This document shows positions 14,281 to 27,402 of a stretch of DNA of 64,000 nucleotides, piece by piece (the stretch's first letter is position 1; each line of letters starts with the position of its first letter). The notes below the pieces were generated by a model. It did no database searches and was not told where the DNA came from. It was given only the letters and a program-made list of their open reading frames with translations. Source of the DNA: Octopus sinensis (lineage: Eukaryota). A program made the position numbers and the translations under genes. The stretch spans positions 51,770,001 through 51,834,000 of the forward strand of contig NC_043015.1 of NCBI RefSeq assembly GCF_006345805.1. Reading direction: 5' to 3'.

Positions 14281-14789
14281 ATTCGTTCGTTTCTCGAACT
14301 ACCCACAAAAGTTTCAGGATTCCTCAATCCGATCAGAGAGGAATCGTTGATCGTTCATTATATAATAGTGCATCAGATCAAGGATTGTGTATTAATCTGT
14401 CCGAAAATCATAAGATTGTTTACGAATGTATGTCATAATCTAAATTTTGTACGACTCTCTTATTTTTTCTTTCTTTCTTTCTTTCTATCAGCCCCTTCAC
14501 ACTTCGTTGTTTCCATTCTTCTTTGTTTCGTTCCCCCTCTCTCACATTTCCTGGCTCTCTCTTCATTCTCACCTTACCTCCACTTTCACTTCACTCTGTT
14601 TCTTTTCACTTTTTCTCGTCACTCCCTAATTCTTCTATCCCTCTGCTTCTACCCCTCACCTATCTCTCCACGTGACCGGTATTCGGCCAAGCCTGGCCTT
14701 TCTTTCTTGGTTCAACTTCCATCCGTGCAACATTTATATTCTTCATCATGCCTGTCATGTTTTATGTCCCTTCCTTAAGGCTTCACTTC

Positions 14790-15180
14790 CAGGCACGAGA
14801 GCTTAATATAATTCGTCCTTTGTCGAAAGATACCTGTTATGTCCTATTATTTGCATTTGTATTTGTGTACCATTTCTCAGTTTTTTTCGTCCATGTTTTC
14901 ATATACATTCGCTGCTTTCTCCCAAGGAGTGTAGTGCTCTTAGCTTAGCTTTTTCCTTCGGGCTGGCCAGATTGGCGCAATCTCGAGTATAACCAGGCGA
15001 AATTGCAAAGAAAATCTGAAACGAAACTGAGGTAAGAAAATTTCGAATGACACATCCTTGTTTTTTCTTGACCCTTTTTTTGCATCATCTGTCTGGATGT
15101 TTTGTTGTTCCATTTTGTATCATCTACCTGTGTAAATGTTTTGCGTTCTTGACCCATTTTTTGTATTCCTTTATATATAT
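14790..15180 (+). mobile_element. Short repeat ending in (TA)n (group P1)
   Basis: GCTTAG..TTTTCCTT..GGCTGGCCAG..GCAATCTC..GAAATTGC..TTCGAATG shared with 29690-29990; left boundary uncertain. Confidence 0.65.
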
Positions 15181-15201
15181 ACACATACATATAAATATAC
15201 T

Positions 15202-15260
<59 letters not shown>

Positions 15261-16299
15261 GTTTATACATACATACTTAGATATGTGAGTTTATATGTAT
15301 GTGTGTATATATGTGTGTGTGTGTACATATATGATTAAATCTACATATATACATGTGTATGTGTATATTTATATTCATATATGTATACACACACACACAT
15401 ATATATATATCGTTTTAATTGTTATAGTCATTAACTCATTAGCTTCATTGCTGTTGTCATGTTCAAGATTCATATCCATTTTATCACCATCAGCAATTTC
15501 TCCGACCCACAATGCCACCACCACCACCACCACCATCACCACTACCACCACCGTTACCATTATCACCGCCAGCATCGCAATCATCAACAATACGAAAAGC
15601 AACAAATCCCACAGAAGCAGCAGCAGCAGCAGCAACAACAACAACAACAGCAACTGCCTGACGTAAAAAATAATCGACGTCATCAACGAAACCAATGCTA
15701 ACAAGCGACGAAGAACCTCTGAAGCATCACGTGTTGCTAAAACGAGAGGTGAGTTGGCGAATAGGAGTGAACGATGTTTGCATTGAGGGTATATATGAAG
15801 ATAAAAGAGCTCAACAAGGGAGAGAAATGTAGTTCGTGTCTCAGTATAAAATAATATTGATTGGTGGATGTTTAACATGGCTGACAGGAACACTTAAGTT
15901 GATCAACTATTTTGATTTATGGTTCGAACACTTAACGTAACGGAAGACAAGCAACATTGGGATAAATATACATCGCAATCTTTCATTGTTTAGACTGATG
16001 AATAATTGCTTATCTCTTCCTCCCTAAACCGTTTCTACTTTCTATTTGCAATCCACAACTCAAATATGTGACATCAATTTAAAAGTATGGAAAACAGGAT
16101 TGTTTATATTATAAGGTACTGAACAACGATTTCAAAGATTTCCAGTTCAAATTCACTGAAAGTTTAATTTTCGTGTGATTTATTTCAGATAGCTGTTAGG
16201 ATTTTTACCTGCAAAAGAGGGGAACTGTACGAGGCCGTTTTATTCGCGGAGATCTAGTTGGGAACACTCTCTCAAAATAATAGTCGATTTGTAATGTAA

Positions 16300-17150
16300 A
16301 TAGGTGGTCTGATCAATAAATATCCGGACTGTTGCTATGGTAACGAAGTTAAAGCACCCAGAATAATATCGCTCGGGACAGATTGATATTAAACTTTACT
16401 TTGCATGCACACGAAGTTTTATCAATCATTCCTGCTGTTTACACCAATGCTTGGAAGGAAGGAATGTAGCGTGTGATCGTGGCATTGACCATGACAGGGA
16501 AAGTTGAGCAGAGAATCTACATCAAATTTTACCAAAAGCTTGGTGATACCTGCTTAGAGGTCTTCGCAAAGTTTTCAAAAGTTTTTATCGTTCTGGACAC
16601 AACTTGTAGAACTGAAAACCGATTTTTTTTGAGTCAGCTGAAAACAATTATGGCAGAAACTTGGCTGACATATGTCTCATACCTAAATTTCTGTGGTAAT
16701 GGACTGAACTGAACCGTAACTCATCTGAACATCTTTTGATAACTCTCGGTTGGTGATTCGATGATTTCCCCCCACATCTTCATGCACATCTGCGATATTT
16801 TTCTCAGTTCTGCTAGTTGCGGGTTTCCCAGGACCTTCGTCAATATCAACATTTTTCGGCCATTTTGGAAACGTCTGAACCACTCGTACACTGGTGTGTG
16901 TCTAATACACCCCTCCCCGAACACTTTCTGCAACTCTGCGTAGGCGTCTGTCTTAGACAATGCGACGATCACACGTTACACACGTTATTTCAAAGCACTG
17001 CTGTAAACAGCGGAAGTGAGCTAGAACGTTAAAACTCAGAGCGCATGCAGAATATAGTTTACGGTCAATCTGTGCCAAGCGGATTTACTCTGCATGTTTT
17101 AGCTTCGTTACTATGGCAACTGTCCGAATACATATTGACCACGTTTCATA
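16300..17150. mobile_element. Fold-back mariner derivative made of two inverted 5' ends
   Basis: 16300-16490 is an inverted homologue of 16955-17150. Plus arm encodes EQRIYIKFYQKLG; minus arm encodes VYEWFRRFQNGR and GKPATSRTEKNI...RITNREL (mariner DNA-binding region). Confidence 0.85.
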
Positions 17151-17324
17151 ATGTAGATTTACATATACAGTAGCAGAAGAGGAGACAGAGTAGGTCACCT
17201 ATGGAACGTCTTTGATTCTATTTCTATTCAATCAGAGGTGATACTTGGTTAAATAACATAGCAATGGATTTAAAACAAAATATGAACGCTTTCCATCCAC
17301 CAAGCGTAAAGGCTACGAGATGCT

Positions 17325-17495
17325 ACAGTCATCAGCCCGTTGGACAAAATGCTTAGAGCCATTTTGTCTGTTCACATTCTGATTTCAAAATGCCTCCGAT
17401 CTCACCTTTGCCTTTGAACGCTTCGAGGTTTTATAATGTAAGTACGAGGATCCATGTATTCGACTTCTGATTTCTTTCTAAAATTACTGGCCTTA
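17325..17495 (+). mobile_element. Highly degenerate SINE N
   Basis: AAATGCTTAG...TTCTGATTTCAAA...CTTTGCCTTT...AAGTAC. Confidence 0.6.
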
Positions 17496-18169
17496 AAACC
17501 TTCAACGGACCGGTATCCCTTTCAAGGGGAACGTTGTGATGTCGACAATTTTTACAGAAAACCGGTGAAATGGCCTTATGAATTCAAAGGATCTAGAAAA
17601 ATGGAAAAAATAAATAAATAAAAAGGAATCATGAATTGAAACTGGATTATTGAAGGATATTAGGTGAGACGCTTTACTGTCTTAATACTATAAAATCACT
17701 GCAAATCAACTGCGTTTAAGAGTCTCTTATGCTTTAAGATCTAATTAATCATGAACTTACAATTAAATAGGCCAAGCGTATCGAATAAATTGCCTTGCGA
17801 TAATCGCCCTGGTTCTCTACGCTTTGCTTTTAAAACGCTTGTGGTCAGTTTTGCATTTCGTCCTTTAGGGGCCTGTAATTAAGCAATCCTTTACCAGGAT
17901 CGATTCTTCTCTTTCTCTCACTCTTTCTTTCTTTCATTCTAAATTCTCTCTGCTCCTTTAGGAAGAAATCGGTTGCTGTCAGACATGGGGAGGGAGGGAT
18001 TCTCACAAGTTTAAAGTTACCAAAACATGCTATGTACAAGAATGGTGATTCTACAACTCCATCAAGAAGTTGAGGTCTCGAGCTAATGTGAAGCAAAAAA
18101 AAAAAAAGCAACCGTATAAGGAAAGAAGCCATATTCCATTGTATTCTATAATAACACAATTACCATGCC

Positions 18170-19410
18170 AATATTTATCTTGTTGAAGGCAGCGGGCTGG
18201 CAGAGACGTTAGCACGCCGGACGAAATTCTTAGCAGCATTTTGTCTGTCAACGTTCTCAGTTCAAATTCCGCTGAGGTCAACTTTGATTTTTATCTTTTC
18301 CGGGTCGATAAATTAAGTACCAGTTGCGTATTGGGGTCGATCTAATCGATTAGCCCCCTCCCCCAAAATTTCGGGCCTTGTGCGTAGAGTAGAAAATAAT
18401 ATTTATCTTGCTGAAGGCGTCGAGCTGGCAGAAACGTTAGCACGCCGGGCGAGATACTTAGCGGTAATTCGTCCGTCTTTATGTTCTGATGTCAAATTCC
18501 GGCGAGGTCGACTTTTATCCTTTCGGGGATCGATAAATTAAGTACCAGTTGCGTACTGGGGTCGATCTAATTGGCCCCTCCCCCAATATTTCGAGCCTTG
18601 TGCCTAAAGTAGAAAAGAATATTTATCTTGTTGAAGGCGACATAATCGTTAGCACACCGGGAAGAATGCTTAAAACAGCGTTTGGCCCATCCTTACATTC
18701 TGAGTTCAAATTCCGCCGAGGTCGACTTTGCCTTTCATCCTTTCGGGGTCGATTAAATAAGTACCAGTTACGCACTGTGGTCGATATAATCGACTTAATT
18801 CGTTTGTCTGCCCTTTTTGTCCTCTCTGTGTTTATCCCCTTGTGGGTAGTAAAGAAATAGGTATTTCGTCTGCCGCTACGTTCTGAGTTCAAATTCTGCT
18901 GAGGTCGACTTTGCCTTTTATCCTTTCGGGGTCGATTAAATAAGTACCAGTTTCGCACTGGTGTCGATATAATCGACTTAGTCCGTTTGTCTGCCCTTTT
19001 TGTCCTCTCTGTGTTTAGCATGCCGCTACGTTCTGAGTTCAAATTCCGCTGGGGTCGACTTTACCTTTCATCCTTTCGGGGTCGATTAAATAAGTACCAG
19101 TTAAGCACTGAGGTTGATACAATCGACTTAATGCGTTTGTCTGTCCTTGTTTGACGCCTCCATGTTTAACCGCTTGTGGGTAATAAGGGAATAAGAAACT
19201 TTAGCACACCGAGGGAAAATGCTTAGCGGCATTTAGCCCATCCTTATGCTTTGAGTTCAAATTCTGCCGAGGTCAACTTTACCTTTTATCCCTTTTGGGT
19301 CGATAAAATAAGAATCAGTTTACCAGTGGGGTCGATAAAATCGTTTTACTCCCTTCTCTGATATTGTTTGCATTCATCCAGAATTTGGAATCATTATCTA
19401 TCTTGTTGGT
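18170..19410 (+). mobile_element. Tandem/nested array of six SINE N units
   Basis: Six Nin cores; AATATTTATCTTG(T/C)TGAAGGC at 18170, 18398 and 18618; internal junctions at 18859/18860 and 19193/19194. Confidence 0.92.
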
Positions 19411-20159
19411 TACGCCAGTAAGTTTGAAAAAATGACCGACACACATTAAAATATTTTAAAAAAGAGTATAAATTTCTCACAAGCCAAACATGGTTCCTTT
19501 ATGTGGATCCTTATTATACAGATTATACCAAAATAATCTTCCCCAGTTTACTCCCTCTCCGATATTGCATGTCTTCATCAAAAATTTGAAACCATTATCT
19601 ATCTTAAAAAATTACTATTTTTAGAAATAGTAAATTTCTAATTTATAAATCAGTGACTAGTTGTCACTTTGAAAGCTTTATATTTCGAACGGGAATTCGG
19701 CTGCGCCAGCTCTAGCGGAGTAATTATTTTGTGCTGATGAAGAGAAATAACCTAGAAATCGCGATACACAGATATTGTTTTGAGCTGAGTGGGGGTGCTA
19801 AGTTCCCTTGTTCGAAAGTGTATATATATATATATAGCGTGTCGTATAGCCAGCTGGAGACAATATCTCCTGGGGATAATTACAGCAACATTCGTCCTAA
19901 ACAAGGACTACCATATTATGTTGGCAAACAATCATTATTGTCTATCTTGTTGGATACGCTACTCATCCTCATCATCATCAGCCAGCCAGCCAGCGAACAT
20001 GTCTCTCCGTGGTGGCCTAATCTCCCCGAAATTCCACGCTGCCGACTTAGAAAGAGGACACGTTCACTGCGTTTTTCAGCTTGTTGGGGGAGGAGGTGGG
20101 GAGGGGAAGACAGGATGGTCACAGTACGAATACTATTTCAAGGTTAACTTGAGAATACA

Positions 20160-20270
20160 CAACACCATCATCAACATCATCATCATCACCATCATCATCA
20201 TTGCCCACATAGTTTCCATCGTTTTCAATGTCATGGATATCATCATTGTTGTCACATCCTCCTCCTCCTT

Positions 20271-20328
<58 letters not shown>

Positions 20329-21430
20329 CTATCATCATTATCATCGTCGTTGTTGTTGTCGTTGTCATTATCAATCACCGTCAACATCAGCGTCAACATC
20401 ATCGTGAACAGCATCATCATCATCATTATCATCTCCGTCATCATCATCATCATCATCACTATCATCATCATCATTATCGTCGTCGTCATCATCATCATCA
20501 TCGCTGTCGTTGTCATTATCAATCAACGTCAAGAGTAGCACCAGCATCATGGTGGACATCATCAACATCATCATCATTGTCGTCGTTGTCATCGTCATGG
20601 TAATCTTTGATGCTGTCATTTTCATTATCGTCGTCGTCGTCGTCGTCGTCATCATCATCACCGTCATCACCATCACATCAGCATCCTCGTAACTTCTTTC
20701 GACGTTTACGTGATGTTTTTCGATTTTATAATTCAGAAACGTTGTTGTTTATGTCCTCAACACAATAACAATCATCATACACCATTTTCCTCTTCCACCA
20801 TGATCAACATCACCACCACCACCACCACCATTATCAACATCATCATCATCATCATCATCATCACCACCACCATCACCATCATCATCACCACTACCATCAC
20901 CATTATCAACATCATCACCATCACCACCACCATCGTCATCATCATCACCACCACCATCACCATCATCATCACTACCATCACCATCATCATCACCACCACT
21001 ACCACCATTATCATCATCACCACTACCAGCATCATCATCATCATCATCCCCACCATCATCATAACCATCCTCATCATCCTCATCATCATCATCATCATCA
21101 TCTTCCTCATTCTCATCAGCAGCACTACCATCTTCACCACCACCACTACCACCACCACCAAAACCATCACCACCATCGTCATCATCATAATCAGCATAAG
21201 CAGCAGCACCACCACCACTACCACCACCATCACCACCATCACCACCACCACCACCACCACCACCACTACCACCACAACCACCACAACCACCATCACCACC
21301 ACCACCACAACCACCATCACCACCACCACCACAACCACCATCACCACCACCACCACAACCACCATCACCACCACCACCACAACCACCATCACCACCACCA
21401 CCAGCATCTTCGTTGACATCATCATCGTTC
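20160..21430. repeat. (CAT)n/(CAC)n/(CGT)n trinucleotide field including a 24-bp minisatellite (about 21280-21400)
   Basis: Direct reading; unit ACCACCACCACCACAACCACCATC repeated about 5 times. Confidence 0.9.
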
Positions 21431-21604
21431 ATTTCCTTACATACCTTTTCCTCCTCGTCCTTTTCAATTTCCTCTCCTCCCCATCAGGTCTATCATCGCC
21501 ATCATTCTAATCGCCATCATCGCCGTCGCCATTTCGCCAGCAACGAGCAACGAAAGAGAAAACGCTGTTGGAGCAGTTACAAGAACAAACACTATCAACG
21601 TGAT

Positions 21605-21800
<196 letters not shown>

Positions 21801-21859
21801 CATCAAAGGGCGGTACTGTAAGCTACTGTATATTAGGTAGAAAGATTGAGATTTAGCGT

Positions 21860-22304
21860 GAGAGCGTAAGAGAACATGCGAGAGAAAGAGACACAATGAG
21901 TGAAAAATAGGAAGGGAGAAAGAAAGAAAGAAAGAAGAGAAGAAAGGAGGAGGAGAATGAGGAGGAGAGCGCCAGAGAGAGCAAGTGAGATCAAGAACGA
22001 GCTAGAGAGAGGGGAAGAGAAAGAGAAAGAAAGGATGAGGGAGTGAGAAAAAGAGGGTGAAAAATAGTCACAACAAGAGGAAACTAGGTAGAAAGAGAAG
22101 AGAAGGTGCGAGAGGAGAAGAGTGAGAAGGAGAGCACCAGAAAGAGAGAGAGAGAGAAAGAGTGAGAGAAAGCATGGGCAAGAGAGAGAGAGCAGGAAAG
22201 AGAGCAAAAGACAGAGAGAGAGAGAAAGAAAGAGCGAGAGGGGGCGAGGGAGAGCAAGAGTGAGAACGAAAGAGAGAATGAACGTGCGAGTGTGAGCGCA
22301 ATAC

Positions 22305-22345
<41 letters not shown>

Positions 22346-22410
22346 CGAGGGGAAAATAGGAAGAGAGAAAGAGAGGGAGAGACAGAAGAAGACAGTGGAG
22401 ATAAGAGAGT
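21860..22410. repeat. Polypurine GA-rich tract
   Basis: Direct reading. Confidence 0.85.
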
Positions 22411-23195
22411 AAATCCATGTCAAAAATGGCGTGTCTATTGAATTGGTTTTCTCCTGAATACAACAACATCAACGGTTTTTTAGTTTTTGTTGTTATTGTT
22501 GTTGTTGTTGTTGTCTTTCTTCTTTTTTTAAAAACGTCTACTCATTCGTTTGTGTCACTCTTTGAAGAGTTCTACATTTAACCATTGAAAACTCGCCATG
22601 TTTTTCTGACAACAGCCAGACTTCATGAAATGTCATAATATGTTGAAGAATACTTATTGTAAACCATGCCATAACAAAAGGTGGAAAAGATAAAAAAAAA
22701 AAACGAAACAAAAATACCTTTCTTTTCGTTTTAGACTAAACTCTACTACATTTAAACCTGGTCTTAAAACCTCCCTCTCTCTCCACCAACCAATCGACTA
22801 ACCGACCAACCAACCAACCAACCGACCAACCAACCAACAAGTCAGCCAATCAACGAATTTAGCAATCCATCATGAAATATTCACAGATCAATTGCGTGTG
22901 ATCGTTAGATCTATGTTTCAAAATTAAAACTCATTGAATGGGATTTGTGATAGAGCTGGGTTGTCTTGTGAATCTTTGTGCAGCTCTGACATGTTTATTT
23001 TCCTCTTATATGGCTTTTAAATTGTTTCCAAGACAGATCTGCAAGTGGATATTGAAAAAAAATATTTTTATTTATCATCTATTATCCTAACGAAAACTAA
23101 ATATTCTCATCATCACAAGGCCGTAAATTTTAGGCCGTCAGATAAATTCGTTGCGCGGGTTATATATATTTTTTATTTTGTACTCCAACAACATA

Positions 23196-23370
23196 TCTTT
23201 TAGCTTTTGTTTGCTTCAGTCAATAAACAGTGACCATGCTGGGGTACCACCTTAAAGTTTTGGTCGAATGAACCGCTAGATCGGCCCGAGGCCATAGTAG
23301 AAACCACTTGCCCACGGTGCCATGCAGTGGGACTGAAACCGGAACCATGTGGTTGGGAAGCAAGATTCTT
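23196..23370 (-). mobile_element. SINE group A with internal deletion
   Basis: Tail CCATGCTGGGGTACCACC fused to head part CACTTGCCCACGGTGCCATGCAGTGGGACTGAAACC. Confidence 0.8.
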
Positions 23371-24219
23371 TATTTCATTATATTGGCCATAAAGGCCTTA
23401 CATGGAGAAAGGAATCTGCGGGCTGAACACAGACATGATGTTATATGAAATGAAAAATGAAAATGATGATTAATGGGGGGAAAAGCAACACCGGCCGATC
23501 GTTTTTTTTCCCCGAGAACATTGATCATTTATATTATTCATGAGGCAACAAACCTCTTATATTGTTCACAATATTCAATAACAAAATGAGGCACTAAGCT
23601 TCTTACCTTTTTTTCCAAACTAGGAACTTTCAATAACCCCGAAGGAAGCAAATTTCTTACCACACAATCACGCCTGTCTAAAAAGAGGTAAAATTTATAG
23701 AAATTTCAAAGCGATAAACAAAAGTTTTTGACGAATAACAGCTGCGAAACCAAACACAAAAAATCCCTAAAATAAAAATATTTTTTCTGTAAATTTGAAT
23801 AAAATTGGAAAGGGATTAAAATAAACAGAAACTATAATAATATATAAACGAACGAATTTGTGGCAATCGAACAGAGGTTATTTTCATGATATTCCAAGAA
23901 ACGTGTGTGAAGTTGAATTCATAAACAAGAACGAAAACGTAAGCAATGAAACGCGTGGACGCTCCATGTCGTTTTTTCATCTGTTAGAAATAATAGCTAG
24001 ATTTTCTTCAAACAGCAAATTGCACCGTGAGGAAAATGAAGGTTATGTTTCAGATAGACAAATAATGACGACGTCACTAACCTTTAGAACTAGAATGCCA
24101 ATGACTATATATTTGTTTCTGAAAATGCAAGATTAAATAAAAATAAGAAAAATGTAGATTGGTGTTGCTCCAGCCTGACCAGATCCGGAACATTGATTGA
24201 AGCAAAGGAGCAAATGAGT

Positions 24220-25560
24220 GTTTATTTCAGATTACGATTCCAAAATTCAAATGCATCTCAAGTGTGGATCTCAAGAAGTGAGGTGTCAAGAGTTTGAAAA
24301 TAGGCAAGGTACGATTCCTGACAGGGATAGAATTACTAAGTGATGAAGCAAATTGAAAAGGAAGTCTCTAAGTACCTTGGCTTGCGAGAGTTCAATGAAA
24401 TTATGGAGAAGGAAATGAAAGAACAGCAGAAGAAAATTTATTTCCGAAGACAACGAATGGTGTTGCGCTCAAAACTGATTGGATGGAATAAACTCCAATC
24501 AGAAAATACATGGGCGATGGTATCACTTTGATATGGAACTGGAATCATAAACTGGCAAAAGACAGAACTGATGAGTATAGATAAGAAAATACGGAAACTG
24601 TTAAGGTTACACGGAACTTTCCATCCTAAGTGTGACACTGACAGGTTGTACTCATCCAGAAAAAGGGCAGGAAAGATTTGATCAGTTACCAAGACTGTGT
24701 TGAATAAAAGGAAAACAGTTTGTGGTGGTATGTAGAAAATGTCGGTGAATCATTATGGATGTTTGTGAAGAAGTCCGGCCTCGTCAAAACTGATAAATGT
24801 ATTGAGAAAGAGAAGTTGAAAAAGGAAAAAGAAAAGCACGAAAATGACATAGAAAGGAAAAAAATGTACGATCGGTTTGCAAGAGATTCGAGCAGATATA
24901 GAAGGCCAGTGGTTATGGATGCGGAGGAGTGATTTGAGAATAGAAACAGAAGCACTTATATGCAAGGCACAAGAACGAGCATCGAAGACCAATTATGTGA
25001 AGTGCAGGATTGTTAAAACAACCGAGAGCGACAAATGTGGTGAGAGGAGTAAAACGGCATGGCACATTGTTTGGGAATTCCCGAAATTGGTACAACGTGA
25101 ATAGAAAAGGCGACAAGATAATATGGCAAGAATGATACATTGAGAACTTTGGGGAAATTATGGCCGAGAAAAATCAAAGATGTGTTAGGAGTAAATCTCA
25201 GAAGGGGTTACTGGGAATGAAGTGTGACCATCAGATTAGATAACGAAAAACTGACGTTGTGTTGAACAGAAAAGAAAAACAGTATGCCTGATAATTGACT
25301 TAGCTTTTCCTGGTGACAAAAAGATTAGAGAAAGAAAAGAATAAAAAGGAACAAATATGATGAATTGAAATGGGAAATACGCAAGTTGTGGGCAACGAAG
25401 AGAGTGAACGTGATCCCAATAGAGTTTAGCGCGCTTGGAAGTATCAGCACTCAAGTACCAACTGGATTCAAAAAGATTGGCACAAAATTAACGATAGAAA
25501 AGCAACAAAATTCCTCATTGCTTGGAACTGCAAGAGTTCTCTGTAGGGTTATTGAAGTTA
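24220..25560 (+). mobile_element. Decayed R4/Dong-clade non-LTR retrotransposon (end of RT, zinc knuckle, restriction-like endonuclease)
   Basis: Frameshifted peptides SKYLG, KLIGWNK..NTWA, HGTFHPKCDTDRLY, LRIETEALICKAQE..TNYVK, HIV, IDLAFPGD, WEIRKLW..VIPI..ALG, LLGTARVL. Confidence 0.85.
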
Positions 25561-25654
25561 GTATCATCTTAGTCTCCAGGCTATGAGGAGATGACATTTT
25601 CCATCTCACCGAGAAAATTAAGCTGAGAGTTTTCATAGTAATAACGATTTCAAT

Positions 25655-25737
25655 TTTTGGCACAAGGCCTGCAGCCTTAGGAGACGAGGAAAGTCGACTA
25701 CATCGATACCAGTTCCCTACATTTACTTATTATATCA

Positions 25738-25740
<3 letters not shown>
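25655..25740 (-). mobile_element. SINE N tail fragment
   Basis: TTTTGGCACAAGGCC...AGTCGACTACATCGA. Confidence 0.55.
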
Positions 25741-25771
<31 letters not shown>

Positions 25772-25793
25772 TTACTACTACTACTACTACTAC

Positions 25794-25825
<32 letters not shown>

Positions 25826-25888
25826 CACCACCACCACCACCACCACCACCACCACCACCACCACCACCACCACCACCTCCACCACCAC
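25738..25888. repeat. (CTA)n(CCA)n microsatellite
   Basis: Direct reading. Confidence 0.95.
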
Positions 25889-25889
25889 G

Positions 25890-26448
25890 GTGTGATCATT
25901 ACTGCAGACTCGGCTGAAAGACGAGTCTGTCCCACACGTGACAAGAGCTGTTCGACATAACCCCACAAGTCAGAAATGCCCGGAAACTAAACGATTGCCT
26001 GCAGAATGGTTTCGTCAATGCGTGCCCGTCTGACATCACATTCGTGCCTGTAGAGTTTATCTCGAACCAGTAGCAGTGTCAGGCCAAGAACATCTGGAAA
26101 TTATCCATGATAATTCCCGACCGGAAAGTCCTCCAAAACAGACAAGCCAGTTCGTTCTCGTCTGTGCCCACAGTCTCTCCGAAAACGTCGTCGCAATCTC
26201 CGCCACTAATCCTCTATAAATTTCTAAAGCGGAACATCCACCGATCCCATTGGTTGATTGGTTGAGGGCTGTGTGCGTCTGAGGACATTCTAGGTGCCAG
26301 GTGCCCAATTTCGGTGTTTTATTCACCCAGGACTGCAGCTCCGTCAAGGAGACGAGCTGCGGAAAGACAAACCTCGCAAGCGGAACCCACACACCGTCCA
26401 GAAATCGTTGCAGGTAGCGTAACCTAAGAACGTATCTGCATATTAGGA
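25890..26448 (-). mobile_element. Fragment of L1/Tx1-like LINE ORF2 (post-RT region), decayed
   Basis: GC-richer coding-like block; minus strand reads LRLRYLQRFLDGVWVPL..FPQLVSLTELQSW..YRGLV..DKLYRH..DETILQA..LWGYVEQLLSRVG. Clade call is from recalled similarity only. Confidence 0.5.
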
Positions 26449-26452
26449 AGAA

Positions 26453-26470
26453 ATGATAATGATGATGATG

Positions 26471-26524
<54 letters not shown>

Positions 26525-26540
26525 TAATAATGATGATAAT

Positions 26541-26596
<56 letters not shown>

Positions 26597-26613
26597 CAGT
26601 AATAATAACAACA

Positions 26614-26677
<64 letters not shown>

Positions 26678-26936
26678 CTGTAATAATAATAATGATGATA
26701 ATAAAAATAATAATAATGATGATTACAATAATATCGGAGCCCTGAGTACAGTGAGTGAAAATCTCGAGAAGTACGTGGAACAAATAGGGGCTGCAATAAG
26801 GGTGGAGCACTTGCAGAAACCTGCACTGCTTGGAACCGCTCGAATACTCCAGAAGGTGCTTGAAAAATAAGAGGTGTTACCTTAGTGAACAGTTGGAACG
26901 ATAGTACATCTCCGGCTTTAGAAACTGTGCAAAGGC

Positions 26937-26995
<59 letters not shown>

Positions 26996-27023
26996 TGATG
27001 ATGATGATGATGATATGATGATG

Positions 27024-27055
<32 letters not shown>

Positions 27056-27177
27056 GATGATGACGATGATGATGATGATGATGCTGGTGATGATGATGAT
27101 GCTGGTGATGATGATGTTAACGATGAAAGTAGCAGTGCTGATTGTAATGATGGGGATGGTGATGACGATAATGATGA

Positions 27178-27242
<65 letters not shown>

Positions 27243-27282
27243 ATAATGATGATAATAACAACAACAACAACAGTAATAATAA

Positions 27283-27360
<78 letters not shown>

Positions 27361-27368
27361 TGATGATG

Positions 27369-27400
<32 letters not shown>

Positions 27401-27402
27401 GT
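26453..27402. repeat. (TAA)n/(GAT)n/(TAG)n trinucleotide field
   Basis: Direct reading. Confidence 0.95.
26722..26937 (+). mobile_element. 3' end of a Dong-type LINE inside (TAA)n
   Basis: IIGALSTVSENLEKYVEQIGAAIRVEHLQKPALLGTARILQKVLEK*, short 3' UTR, then (AAT)n. Confidence 0.85.

Noticed and set aside
15459-15701. His/Gln-rich ORF resembling a transcription-factor exon
   Set aside because: Made of (CAC)/(CAG)/(CAA) repeats, no domain, ends in a stop; needs RNA-seq to revive
18170-19410. Repeat-spacer pattern suggestive of CRISPR
   Set aside because: Spacers are about 200-bp homologous SINE units; eukaryotic context; no cas genes
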